Source: Bacteroidota bacterium (GTDB lineage Bacteria; Bacteroidota; Bacteroidia; Bacteroidales; UBA12481). From it: a DNA stretch of 31,546 bases. The stretch lies in assembly GCA_030592205.1 (NCBI GenBank), contig JAUVKA010000001.1:1-31546 (forward strand), read 5' to 3'. Positions 9,340 through 18,480 of this stretch are shown piece after piece. A program made the position numbers and the translations under genes. Below the pieces are notes generated by a model. The model saw nothing but the letters and a program-made list of their open reading frames with translations. It made no database searches and was not told the origin of the DNA. Position 1 is the first letter of the stretch, and each line of letters opens with the position of its first letter.

Positions 9340-10692
9340 TCAAAAAAGCTTTTTGTATAACTCACCAATGTGTTTCAATGGTACAATTTTGATATCATAG
9401 CGGGAAAGGTCGAACCCTTTCATATTTGCATAGGGTATCAAAATTTGCTTAAACCCCAGTCGTGCTGATTCAGCAACGCGAAGTTCAATTCTGTTAACCG
9501 GCCGGAATTCTCCTGACAGGCCAACTTCTCCGGTAAAACAGATGTTTTGTTCCACTGCCAGATCATTTTCAGAAGAAAGAATTGCACCCACTACAGCCAT
9601 GTCGGTAGCAGGATCACTCACACGTATACCACCTACCATATTTAGGAAAACATCCTTAACTGCAAGTCGGAATCCGGCTCTTTTCTCCAGAACTGCAAGC
9701 AGCATTCCCAGCCTTCTGTTATCGAATCCTGTAGCTGATCGTTGTGGTGTTCCATAAGCAGCTGTGCTTACCAGAGCCTGGCTTTGAATCATTAATGGGC
9801 GGTGCCCTTCAATGATGGCAGCGACTGTATTTCCGCTAAGCTTCATTTCACGGTTTGCCAGCAGGAACTCTGAGGGATTGGGTACCACATGTAATCCCGA
9901 TGAGCGCATCTCAAAAATGCCCATTTCATCAGTTGGGCCAAATCGGTTTTTGAGAACCCTTAGAATCCTGTAAAAATGGTTTTGGTCACCCTCGAATTGC
10001 AATACCGTATCTACCATGTGCTCAAGGACCTTGGGCCCTGCCAGATGACCATCCTTGTTTATGTGTCCAATAAGTAAAATCGGACAATTATTGGCTTTGG
10101 CATACTGGATAATCTGATTTGTGCATTCTCGTATCTGTGTAATGGAACCGGCTGAGGATTCGGCTTTTTCAGTAACAAGAGTCTGGATAGAATCCACTAT
10201 GATCAACTCAGGTGCAAACTGATCAATATGGATCATGGTACTTTCCATAGAGGTTTCGCTGAGAAAAAATAATTGCTCATGGCCATCGCCAAGCCGCTGT
10301 GCCCTCATTTTCAATTGCTGCAAACTTTCTTCTCCGGAAATGTAGAGGGTTTTAACCTTACTCAACTGAAGACAAAGCTGTAAAACCAGCGTGGATTTGC
10401 CAATTCCCGGTTCACCACCTATAAGAACTGTTGATCCGGAAACCAGTCCCCCTCCTACCACACGATCGAACTCCTGGTTCCCGGTTTTCCTTCTCGATAG
10501 CTGTTGAATATCTATCTCACTGAGATTTTTTGGCTTCGATGGAGTGATTGATGAATTTGCTTTCTTCTGAGACGCAGAGTGAATAATTTCTTCAACAAAG
10601 GTATTCCACTCATTGCAAGCAGGGCATCGGCCAATCCATTTGGCGGATTGGGATCCGCAGGACTGACAAATGAAGATACTTTTTGACTTCAA
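9340..10692 (-). CDS. radA: DNA repair protein RadA/Sms
   Basis: Zn finger CQSC..CPAC, Walker A GEPGIGKS, IVDSIQT, KNRFG and a Lon-like C-terminus; TTG start. Confidence 0.96.
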   Translation of the reverse strand: MKSKSIFICQSCGSQSAKWIGRCPACNEWNTFVEEIIHSASQKKANSSITPSKPKNLSEIDIQQLSRRKTGNQEFDRVVGGGLVSGSTVLIGGEPGIGKSTLVLQLCLQLSKVKTLYISGEESLQQLKMRAQRLGDGHEQLFFLSETSMESTMIHIDQFAPELIIVDSIQTLVTEKAESSAGSITQIRECTNQIIQYAKANNCPILLIGHINKDGHLAGPKVLEHMVDTVLQFEGDQNHFYRILRVLKNRFGPTDEMGIFEMRSSGLHVVPNPSEFLLANREMKLSGNTVAAIIEGHRPLMIQSQALVSTAAYGTPQRSATGFDNRRLGMLLAVLEKRAGFRLAVKDVFLNMVGGIRVSDPATDMAVVGAILSSENDLAVEQNICFTGEVGLSGEFRPVNRIELRVAESARLGFKQILIPYANMKGFDLSRYDIKIVPLKHIGELYKKLF

Positions 10693-10711
10693 TTTATAAG
10701 ATTATTTAATA

Positions 10712-10830
10712 AAGACGCAAGACGTAAGACAAAAGATGAAAGACCTAACCTGCAACCTGTACCCTGTAACTTGCAACCTGTAACCCGCAACCTGCAACCT
10801 GCAACCCGCAACCCGCAACCCGCAACCTAC
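10712..10830. repeat. Tandem heptamer array: 5 x AAGACNN-type units followed by 12 x AACCYGY-type units, 17 units in unbroken 7-bp register
   Basis: Read directly: aagacgc aagacgt aagacaa aagatga aagacct aacctgc aacctgt accctgt aacttgc aacctgt aacccgc aacctgc aacctgc aacccgc aacccgc aacccgc aacctac (119 bp). Confidence 0.95.
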
Positions 10831-11180
10831 TTAACTATCCTATTAGTTTCTGTATCCGGAAATACCAGGCTAGGACTGTGATTTTTTGCCTCTTCCAAAT
10901 TCATAGAGGCGTAGGATATGATAATTACCACGTCGCCGACCTGTACTTTCCTGGCTGCCGGACCATTTAAACAAACCTGACCTGAAGCTCGTTCGCCCTT
11001 AATAACATAGGTTTCCAATCGCTCACCATTGTTAATGTTTACAACTTGAACCTTTTCATTTTCAATGATATTGGCAGCATCCATCAAGTCTTCATCAATG
11101 GTAATACTACCTACGTACTGCAGGTTGGCCGCAGTAACTTTAACCTTATGGATCTTTGATTTACAAACTTCGATTAACAT
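10827..11180 (-). CDS. panD: Aspartate 1-decarboxylase proenzyme
   Basis: [22 protein letters not shown] (G-S autocleavage site), NGERLETY and LNGPAAR. Confidence 0.97.
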   Translation of the reverse strand: MLIEVCKSKIHKVKVTAANLQYVGSITIDEDLMDAANIIENEKVQVVNINNGERLETYVIKGERASGQVCLNGPAARKVQVGDVVIIISYASMNLEEAKNHSPSLVFPDTETNRIVK

Positions 11181-11202
11181 GATTTCCTCCTGCTATCCGA
11201 TG

Positions 11203-11235
11203 CAAAGATACAGATTTCCCAAATCACAATACAAA
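11203..11235 (-). promoter_or_regulatory. Bacteroidota promoter for panD(-radA): TTTG (-33), 21-bp spacer, TATCTTTG (-7)
   Basis: Plus strand caaagata at 11203-11210 and caaa at 11232-11235; consensus spacing is 19-21 bp. Confidence 0.7.
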
Positions 11236-11257
11236 AACAATGCGGATATCAAACAGT

Positions 11258-12118
11258 TCATTGTGAAAAGGGATATATTTTAATATTATCAATTAAGCGT
11301 ATTTTGTCTGCTCTCACTGCCAGGAAGCAACGAATAGAGTCGGCTTCATTCCAACTATTTATTGACTGTAAAGTTGCTTCGTTCACAAAATCGACATATT
11401 CAACATCGAATTCCGGTTCGGCATTAATCATGCGGCTAATTATTTTGCAGGTTTCTTGTACCGTATGATTAGCTGATAAACTTTGTGCATCTGACAAAGA
11501 TTTAAACAAAATACCGGCGTTTTTTCGTTGAGATGAACTTAAAAGTTGATTGCGGGAACTCATTGCCAGGCCATCCTTCTCCCGAATTATAGGGCAACTG
11601 ATAATGTGGATTTGAAGATTCTCCAACTCCACCATTTTTCGTATGATAGCAATTTGCTGAAAATCTTTTTCTCCGAAATAAGCCCTGTCTGGCTGGATAA
11701 TTCGGAATAAGCGATTAACTACAATTCCTACACCATTGAAATGTCCCTGACGAGATGATCCTTCCATTACCTCCCCCAGAGCACCAAAATCATATTTCTT
11801 ATCCACAGGTTTTGGGTACATTTCTTCAACTGTGGGAACAAAAATAAAATCCTCGCTGGACAAAAGGTTCTCTAAAAGACTAAGGTCTTTTTCAGTATTC
11901 CTGGGATATCCTTTAAGATCCTTTGCTTCATTAAACTGGATGGGATTAACAAAGATACTCACTGCCACAATATCATTTTCTTCCCGGGCTTGTTTAACCA
12001 GCGAGAGATGCCCCGAATGTAAAGCTCCCATGGTAGGAACAAATCCAATACTTTTATTGTTGTAGGCTAAAGCTGCGAGGTACTTATGCGTTTCAGAAAT
12101 GGTATTAAAAACTATCAT
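11258..12118 (-). CDS. panC: Pantoate--beta-alanine ligase
   Basis: IGFVPTMGALHSGH, VSIFVNPIQF, HFNGV, FGEKDFQQ, DGLAMSSRN and RLIDN. Start taken at the ATG at 12118 (MIVFN). Confidence 0.97.
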   Translation of the reverse strand: MIVFNTISETHKYLAALAYNNKSIGFVPTMGALHSGHLSLVKQAREENDIVAVSIFVNPIQFNEAKDLKGYPRNTEKDLSLLENLLSSEDFIFVPTVEEMYPKPVDKKYDFGALGEVMEGSSRQGHFNGVGIVVNRLFRIIQPDRAYFGEKDFQQIAIIRKMVELENLQIHIISCPIIREKDGLAMSSRNQLLSSSQRKNAGILFKSLSDAQSLSANHTVQETCKIISRMINAEPEFDVEYVDFVNEATLQSINSWNEADSIRCFLAVRADKIRLIDNIKIYPFSQ

Positions 12119-12213
12119 CCTAATCTGCCCAAAAACGGGCACGAAGATATACAGAATTGTGCTTAATACCCCTTTCTTACTGGTAATATGTTGAAAATTA
12201 GCTCAAAATTTAC

Positions 12214-12221
12214 TAATTTTG
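12214..12221 (+). promoter_or_regulatory. Bacteroidota -7 element TAATTTTG upstream of the glgA-like gene
   Basis: Exact match. It overlaps the TTG start in the ORF track (12219), which supports the ATG at 12246 as the true start. Confidence 0.65.
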
Positions 12222-12245
12222 CAGTCTAAAAGTAAGCCCACAATA

Positions 12246-13055
12246 ATGAAGAAGCAAAGAATTTTGTACGTTTCGCAGGAAATTACCCCTTATTTACCAG
12301 AGAGCGAGATGTCCCTTATTGGTCGATTCTTGCCACAGGGAATTCAGGAGCGAGGTAGAGAAATCCGAACTTTCATGCCCAAATATGGAAGTATTAATGA
12401 ACGGAGAAATCAGCTGCATGAAGTTATTAGATTATCGGGGATGAACCTGATTATCAAGGATACAGATCATCCATTGATTATCAAGGTTGCCTCAATTCAG
12501 GCCGCCAGAATGCAGGTTTATTTCATTGATAACGAAGATTTTTTCGAGCGAAAAGCCGTGCTTACTGATGCTAAGGGCAAGGAGTTCAAGGATAATGATG
12601 AGCGGACGATATTCTTTGCCAGAGGGGTTCTTGAAACGGTTAAGAAACTCCGATGGGCACCTGATCTTGTTCATTGTCATGGATGGTTTACTTCAGTAAT
12701 ACCATTATACCTGAAGAGAGCTTTTATCGAAGATCCCTTATTTTACAAAACAAAAGTAATTTATTCTGTTTATGGTAATGCCTTCAAGAAAAGCCTTAAC
12801 TCTGATTTTCAAAATAAAATTCAGATGGAAGGTATCAGTTTGGAGGATGTGGCCGTTATACAAAAACCAAATTTCATTCAATTGAATAAAATGGCGATTG
12901 ATCATAGCGATGGCATAATTATTGCGAGTGAGGATGCTTCACAGGAAGTGGTTGATTATGTTGAAGCTTCTGGAAAGCCGGTTTTAAACTTGAAGGGTCA
13001 AGAGGAATACGTTGAGGCATATTCTGATTTCTATGATCAGATTTTAGAGAGTTAA
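12246..13055 (+). CDS. Glycogen/starch synthase (GT5) N-terminal-domain-only protein
   Basis: RILYVSQEITPY, EIRTFMPKYG, NERRNQLHEVIRLSG, DNDER.IFF and PDLVHCHGW. At 269 aa it has no C-terminal GT-B domain, and it has no KxGG motif. Confidence 0.8.
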   Translation: MKKQRILYVSQEITPYLPESEMSLIGRFLPQGIQERGREIRTFMPKYGSINERRNQLHEVIRLSGMNLIIKDTDHPLIIKVASIQAARMQVYFIDNEDFFERKAVLTDAKGKEFKDNDERTIFFARGVLETVKKLRWAPDLVHCHGWFTSVIPLYLKRAFIEDPLFYKTKVIYSVYGNAFKKSLNSDFQNKIQMEGISLEDVAVIQKPNFIQLNKMAIDHSDGIIIASEDASQEVVDYVEASGKPVLNLKGQEEYVEAYSDFYDQILES

Positions 13056-13095
13056 TATTCATTAGACACAGTCAATAGTTTTAATAAAATAGCAA

Positions 13096-14391
13096 ATGCA
13101 GGGTACTATTCAGTATAGGCTCCTCTCAAAGGGGCTTCTTTTTTTTCTGCTTATTGGAATCTGGTCATGTGAAAACAGTGACAAGATTGGTCTTGAAATC
13201 ACACCTCCTGGTGAGCGGTTTACATATCACATTGATTCATCTACTGTGGTTAAGGTTAGCACCCTTCGACAGGATTCTCTGACTTCTGAGAAACGAACAA
13301 AAAGCCTTCTGGGGTCAATGGCTGATCCAGTATTTGGGAAATCCCGGGCCGGTATATTAACACAGTTAAGGCTTTCTTCCAATGATGTTGATTTTGGGGA
13401 TAATGTTCAGTTGGATTCTGCAATTCTATTATTGAAATACCAGAGTGCTTTTGGTGATACCACTCAGATACAGCATATCCGGGTGCATGAACTTCAAGAA
13501 GATTTGTTCTTTGATTCGACTTATTATTCCAATTTGGACATAAGTAATTACTATAGCGGGACTGATCCTGTAGCTGAATTTGATTATGCTCCTAAACCAG
13601 GGCAGGATAGTCTACTCATTCGGATCGACAAGCAGCTTGGTGAAAAGATCTTATTTTCTGATGAGTCACATCTTGTTGATAATACAGCTTTTCTTGAACA
13701 TTTTAAAGGATTATATCTGGAAGCAGATCCTGTGGATCAGGGTGGGTCTATTGTATATTTCGACTTTGCCGGCGGGGATTCCAGGATGATTTTGTATTAT
13801 AAAAATTCTGTTGAAGATTCACTGAAGTATGAGGTTGTTATCAACTCAAACTGCACCTGGGTAAATATTTTTGAGCACGATTATGTAGGTTCAGAAGTTG
13901 AAGCCTTTATTAATGATACAGCAATCGATGTTGGCAAAGTTTACCTCCAATCAATGGCCGGACTAAGGGCTTTCACACGTTTTGAGTTTAGCGACAGCCT
14001 CCTGCAATATGGAAGAGATGGGATTTCTATTAATAAAGCAGAACTGATAATTCCTATTGCTCAGGAGTATGTTGTTGAAGGTAAACCTGTTCCTGCCTTT
14101 GTTCAGATTTTTAATGCTCTGGAAGACGGCACCAATGACTTTATTGGCGATATTTTTTTAGGGGAGGAATACTACGGTGGTTTCTATGATGAAAATACAG
14201 GTGAATACACCTTTAATCTTGCCAAATATATTCAGGATTTAATGGAACCGGATGAAGAGTACCGATTGAAAAATACAGGTTTATTTCTTGTGGTTAAGGA
14301 CTCCCGGATTTCTGCTAATCAACTAGTGATCAATAATGATCTGTCAGGCAAAAAAATGAGTTTAGTTATAACTTACACTGTGATCAATTGA
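13096..14391 (+). CDS. DUF4270-like lipoprotein
   Basis: Lipobox IWSC; LLGS..DPVFG...A..LTQLRL, DSAILLL.Y, FKGLYL, YLQSMAG, INKAEL and Y.FNLAKYIQ; usual partner of the glgA-like gene in Bacteroidota. Confidence 0.7.
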   Translation: MQGTIQYRLLSKGLLFFLLIGIWSCENSDKIGLEITPPGERFTYHIDSSTVVKVSTLRQDSLTSEKRTKSLLGSMADPVFGKSRAGILTQLRLSSNDVDFGDNVQLDSAILLLKYQSAFGDTTQIQHIRVHELQEDLFFDSTYYSNLDISNYYSGTDPVAEFDYAPKPGQDSLLIRIDKQLGEKILFSDESHLVDNTAFLEHFKGLYLEADPVDQGGSIVYFDFAGGDSRMILYYKNSVEDSLKYEVVINSNCTWVNIFEHDYVGSEVEAFINDTAIDVGKVYLQSMAGLRAFTRFEFSDSLLQYGRDGISINKAELIIPIAQEYVVEGKPVPAFVQIFNALEDGTNDFIGDIFLGEEYYGGFYDENTGEYTFNLAKYIQDLMEPDEEYRLKNTGLFLVVKDSRISANQLVINNDLSGKKMSLVITYTVIN

Positions 14392-14401
14392 TATAACTTC
14401 T

Positions 14402-14429
14402 CTCTTGCTGAATTTTTTTCGGGGCAGGA
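14402..14429. terminator. Possible weak bidirectional hairpin between the convergent DUF4270 and rfbB genes
   Basis: tcttgctgaa-ttttt-ttcggggcagga can pair with G:U pairs and a 2-nt bulge; no clean U-tract. Confidence 0.25.
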
Positions 14430-14431
14430 TA

Positions 14432-15487
14432 TTACCTCTTTTCATACTGTTGTTCGTAATATTTCTCATAATCCCCTGAGATGATTCGATTCATCCAATC
14501 CTCATTAGCAAGGTACCAGTCGACAGTTTTTTCCAAACCTTCTTCAAATTGAAGGCTTGGCACCCAAGCGAGTTCAGCTTCAATTTTTGATGCATCAATA
14601 GCATAGCGCATATCATGACCGGCTCTGTCCTTTACGAAGGTGATAAGTTTTGCAGAAGTACCTGCTTTCCTATCCAATTTCCGATCCATTACCTCACATA
14701 GTTTTCGGATCAGGCTGATATTAGTCCACTCATTATGTCCACCAATATTGTAGGTTTCAAAATCCCTGCCTTTGTGATATACCAGATCTATAGCCCGAGC
14801 ATGGTCCTCTACATATAGCCAGTCGCGAATGTTTTCTCCTTTGCCATATACCGGTATGGCTTTGAGGTTTTTAATATTATTTATGGCAAGTGGCAGTAAT
14901 TTTTCAGGAAATTGGTTGGGTCCGTAATTATTAGAGCAATTTGTAATGATTACCGGAAGTCCATAAGTATGTCCATATGCCCTGACCAAGTGATCAGAAC
15001 TGGCCTTTGATCCGGAATACGGACTCTTTGGATCGTAAGGTGATGTTTCATAGAAAAACCCTTCTTTACCCAATGAACCATATACTTCATCTGTAGAAAT
15101 ATGAAAAAATCGTTTTCCGGAAAATGAATCCTTCCAGTGATTTTTTGCCGAATTCAGAAGATTTACTGTTCCAATTATGTTTGTAGTAATAAAAGCCATA
15201 GGATCTGAAATCGATCGGTCAACATGACTTTCAGCAGCCAGATGTATTACCCCGTCGAAGTTGTGCCTGACAAAGAGTTCATCCACAAGAACTGAATCCC
15301 TGATGTCACCCTTTTCAAATACATAATTAGGAGCCTGATCAAGGTCCTTCAGGTTTTCTAAATTGCCGGCATAGGTAAGAGCATCAAGGTTCACAATATT
15401 ATATTCTGGATATTTATTTACGAAAAGCCTGACAACATGCGATCCAATAAATCCTGCACCTCCTGTGACTAAAAGGGTCTTTTTCAT
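14432..15487 (-). CDS. rfbB: dTDP-glucose 4,6-dehydratase
   Basis: VTGGAGFIG, HLAAESHVDRS, ISTDEVYG, PYSGSKA, NCSNNYGP, RDWLYVEDH and DRAGHDMRYA. Start at the ATG at 15487. Confidence 0.96.
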   Translation of the reverse strand: MKKTLLVTGGAGFIGSHVVRLFVNKYPEYNIVNLDALTYAGNLENLKDLDQAPNYVFEKGDIRDSVLVDELFVRHNFDGVIHLAAESHVDRSISDPMAFITTNIIGTVNLLNSAKNHWKDSFSGKRFFHISTDEVYGSLGKEGFFYETSPYDPKSPYSGSKASSDHLVRAYGHTYGLPVIITNCSNNYGPNQFPEKLLPLAINNIKNLKAIPVYGKGENIRDWLYVEDHARAIDLVYHKGRDFETYNIGGHNEWTNISLIRKLCEVMDRKLDRKAGTSAKLITFVKDRAGHDMRYAIDASKIEAELAWVPSLQFEEGLEKTVDWYLANEDWMNRIISGDYEKYYEQQYEKR

Positions 15488-15506
15488 TCTTATCAAAATT
15501 TAATGG

Positions 15507-16535
15507 TTATTTAATTCCTCGAAGGTTTTTCTCCCAATTCCAGGCAGAAGACAATGTTTCTTCAAGAGTGCGGGTGGCTTTCCATCCCAGTTCTTCATTG
15601 GCAAACCGGGTATCTGCCCATACTTTCTCAATATCCCCCTCCCGACGATCAACGATTTTATAATTAATACTAATTCCTGTGACTTTGTGAAAGGTCCGGA
15701 TCATTTCTAAAACGGATGTCCCTGTGCCGGTTCCAAGATTGAAAAATTCATAATTAGAGCGATTTTCTTTATTCAGGAGTCTGGAAATGGCAACTACGTG
15801 TGCTCTGGCAAGGTCGTTGACATTAATATAATCTCTGATAGCTGAGCCATCGGGGGTATTATAATCGCTGCCGTATACCTTCAGGCTTTGATGTATTCCT
15901 GCAGCGGTTTGAGTAATAAAAGGCACCAGGTTGTTGGGAACCCCCATAGGTAGTTCTCCAATATGCCCCGTTGGGTGAGCGCCAATGGGATTGAAGTATC
16001 TGAGGGCGATGCTCTTAAGCTTGGGCAGAGCCCTCATACTATCACAAATGATTTCTTCACAGATTTGTTTAGTATTTCCATAAGGAGATTCAGCAGGAAG
16101 TGTTGGAGCACTTTCGGTTACCGGCAGTTCCCTGGGCTGACCATACACTGTACAGCTAGATGAAAACACCAGATTATCAACATTATGCCGATCCATAAAA
16201 TGAATCAGGTTGATCAGAGAGGAGAGATTGTTGTGATAATACTTGAGCGGTTTTTCAACCGATTCTCCAACGGCCTTGTGGGCTGCAAAATGTATGATGG
16301 CTTTAAGCTGAGGATATTTAATGAAAAATTGACTTACCCTGTCTTTATCACAAAGGTCGAATTTTTCAAATGCAGGTCGAATGCCTGTTATTTTTTCAAT
16401 TCCATCCAGTGTTTCAAGAGTGGAATTGTCAAGATTATCAACGATAACAACATCATATCCTCCCTCAATGAGCTCAACAGCAGTATGAGATCCGATATAA
16501 CCAGTTCCCCCGGTTACCAATACTAGGTCTTTCAT
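15507..16535 (-). CDS. galE: UDP-glucose 4-epimerase
   Basis: VTGGTGYIGSH, HFAAHKAVGES, FSSSCTVYG, YGNTK, LRYFNPIGAH and RDYINV.DLA. Confidence 0.95.
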   Translation of the reverse strand: MKDLVLVTGGTGYIGSHTAVELIEGGYDVVIVDNLDNSTLETLDGIEKITGIRPAFEKFDLCDKDRVSQFFIKYPQLKAIIHFAAHKAVGESVEKPLKYYHNNLSSLINLIHFMDRHNVDNLVFSSSCTVYGQPRELPVTESAPTLPAESPYGNTKQICEEIICDSMRALPKLKSIALRYFNPIGAHPTGHIGELPMGVPNNLVPFITQTAAGIHQSLKVYGSDYNTPDGSAIRDYINVNDLARAHVVAISRLLNKENRSNYEFFNLGTGTGTSVLEMIRTFHKVTGISINYKIVDRREGDIEKVWADTRFANEELGWKATRTLEETLSSAWNWEKNLRGIK

Positions 16536-17113
16536 GTATTTATTTTTTTTACTTCCCCCAAATTTATAGAGTATTTTTCATTGCTTTCAGGACAGCTTGC
16601 AATTCCGTCAGAATCAAAGTGAAGCCGGTGTCCGTATTCACTCATCCAGCCTGCATGGCGAGCAGGATTTCCAACAACCAGAGCATATTTCGGAACTTCC
16701 CTGGTAACTACTGCTCCAGCTCCAATAAATGCAAAAGCACCAATTTTGTTTCCGCAAATAATGGTAGCGTTGGCTCCAATACTTACTCCTCGTCCAACAT
16801 GAGTTGAAACATATTGATCACGCCGTATGATACTGCTTCGTGGATTAACAACATTGGTAAAAACCATGGAAGGTCCGAGAAAAACATCATCTTCACATAT
16901 TACCCCGGAATAGATTGATACATTGTTTTGCACTTTCACATTATTTCCCAGGACAACCTGTGGTGAAACAACTACATTTTGTCCAATACTGCAGTTGTCG
17001 CCGATTTTGCAATTTGGCATAATATGGGAAAAGTGCCATATTTTGGTTCCCTTACCAATTATGGAACCCTTATCTATTACTGCCGTTTCGTGGGCGAAAT
17101 AATCCTTTTCCAT
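16532..17113 (-). CDS. Left-handed beta-helix N-acetyltransferase, WbpD/WlbB-like
   Basis: Hexapeptide repeats; HETAVID..S.IG.GTKIWHFSH, VKVQNNVSIY, FLGPSMVFTNV.NPRS and VVGNPAR; ATGA overlap with galE. Confidence 0.85.
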   Translation of the reverse strand: MEKDYFAHETAVIDKGSIIGKGTKIWHFSHIMPNCKIGDNCSIGQNVVVSPQVVLGNNVKVQNNVSIYSGVICEDDVFLGPSMVFTNVVNPRSSIIRRDQYVSTHVGRGVSIGANATIICGNKIGAFAFIGAGAVVTREVPKYALVVGNPARHAGWMSEYGHRLHFDSDGIASCPESNEKYSINLGEVKKINT

Positions 17114-17116
17114 GAT

Positions 17117-18241
17117 TTAAAGATTGGATAACAGACTCTTAACAATAAATTCCTGTTGTTCTATCTGCAATTCAGTATGCATAGGTAAAGATAATACTTC
17201 ATTGCAAAGCTGTTCAGTTACAGGAAAATCTCCTTTCTGATACCCGGCATAATGAAATGCTTTTTGGAGGCTCAGGGGCACAGGATAATAAACCATACTA
17301 GGAATGCCTAGTTTGGCTAGTGCCGCTTTTAGTTGATCCCTTTTGCCGTTTAGAACTCTAAGAGTATATTGATGATAAATATGGGTTCCAGTACCAGTTT
17401 GTCTGGGTATGAGTATCCCCGGATGATTCTTAAGATGTTCGTCGTAAAAGGCAGCTGCTGTTTGTCGCGATGAATTATAAACATCCAGCATTTTTAATTT
17501 AACCCTGAGTATAGCTGCCTGAATGGTATCAAGCCGGGAATTTATCCCAATCAGATCATGGTAATACTTGATTTTTGATCCATGATTGACGATCATTTGC
17601 ATTTTTTGGGCCAGTTTTTCGTCCCGGGTGAAAAGTGCTCCACCATCACCAAAACAACCAAGATTTTTCGACGGGAAAAAGGATGCTGTACCAATTTCTC
17701 CAATTGTTCCTGCCCTGCTTGATTGTCCATTTGGAAATTTGTAATGCGCCCCCAGTGCTTGAGCTGTATCCTCAATTATCGCAATGTTATGTTCCTTACC
17801 AATCTTTATTATTTCTTCCATCTGAGCAGCTTGTCCGAATAAATGAACAGGAACAATGGCTTTTGTTCTCGGACTGATTGCTTTCCTAAGCTTATCAGGA
17901 TCAATATTAAAAGTGTGGGGATTAACATCAACCAATATAGGTTTCAAACCCAGCAGGCCAATTACCTCAACAGTAGCAATAAAAGTAAAGTTAGATGTAA
18001 TCACTTCATCACCTGGCTTCAGATCCAGAGCCATCATGGCCACTTGCAAAGCATCTGTTCCGTTCGCACATGTCACTACATATGGAACATCAAGGTAAAT
18101 TGATAATTCATCGCGGAACCGGCCAACCGCCGGGCCATTAATAAAAGCCCCCTGCTCAATTGTTTCCCGAATTGCGGTATCAATTTCAAGCCTGATTTCC
18201 TTGTATTGATTGACCAGGTCAACCATATAGATTTTATTCAT
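17117..18241 (-). CDS. DegT/DnrJ/EryC1/StrS PLP aminotransferase (WbpE-like)
   Basis: ANGTDALQVA, IVPVHLFGQ, IIEDTAQA, SFFPSKNLGCFGDGG (PLP Lys) and NSRLD.IQAAIL. Confidence 0.9.
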   Translation of the reverse strand: MNKIYMVDLVNQYKEIRLEIDTAIRETIEQGAFINGPAVGRFRDELSIYLDVPYVVTCANGTDALQVAMMALDLKPGDEVITSNFTFIATVEVIGLLGLKPILVDVNPHTFNIDPDKLRKAISPRTKAIVPVHLFGQAAQMEEIIKIGKEHNIAIIEDTAQALGAHYKFPNGQSSRAGTIGEIGTASFFPSKNLGCFGDGGALFTRDEKLAQKMQMIVNHGSKIKYYHDLIGINSRLDTIQAAILRVKLKMLDVYNSSRQTAAAFYDEHLKNHPGILIPRQTGTGTHIYHQYTLRVLNGKRDQLKAALAKLGIPSMVYYPVPLSLQKAFHYAGYQKGDFPVTEQLCNEVLSLPMHTELQIEQQEFIVKSLLSNL

Positions 18242-18276
18242 GTTGCGATGCCTGTTTTATTTGGCTAATAGGTGTT

Positions 18277-18284
18277 CAAATATA
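18277..18284 (-). promoter_or_regulatory. Bacteroidota -7 element TATATTTG for the DegT-rfbB operon
   Basis: Plus strand caaatata; exact TAnnTTTG match about 35 bp upstream of the ATG. Confidence 0.6.
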
Positions 18285-18360
18285 GTATTTATCAAGCGTT
18301 TTTTTCTCCTTCAATGCTACTTGTCTGTTGTGTTTTCCTAATGAATAAACTGTTCCAATA

Positions 18361-18392
18361 TTTGGAATATTATCAGCGAGTGTGTAATTTTG
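18361..18392 (+). promoter_or_regulatory. Bacteroidota promoter TTTG-N20-TAATTTTG for the HU/SPOR gene
   Basis: TTTG at 18361-18364 and TAATTTTG at 18385-18392; canonical 20-bp spacer. Confidence 0.72.
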
Positions 18393-18480
18393 TTTTTGCG
18401 AAAAAGGATTGATAGTCAAAAGATTGATAGAGTATTGATCCACAAAAGATTAGTGGAGTTGATTTGTTGATAAGCTAGTA

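Noticed and set aside
10712-10830. CRISPR array
   Set aside because: The units are 7 bp, contiguous, without spacers, and there are no cas genes.
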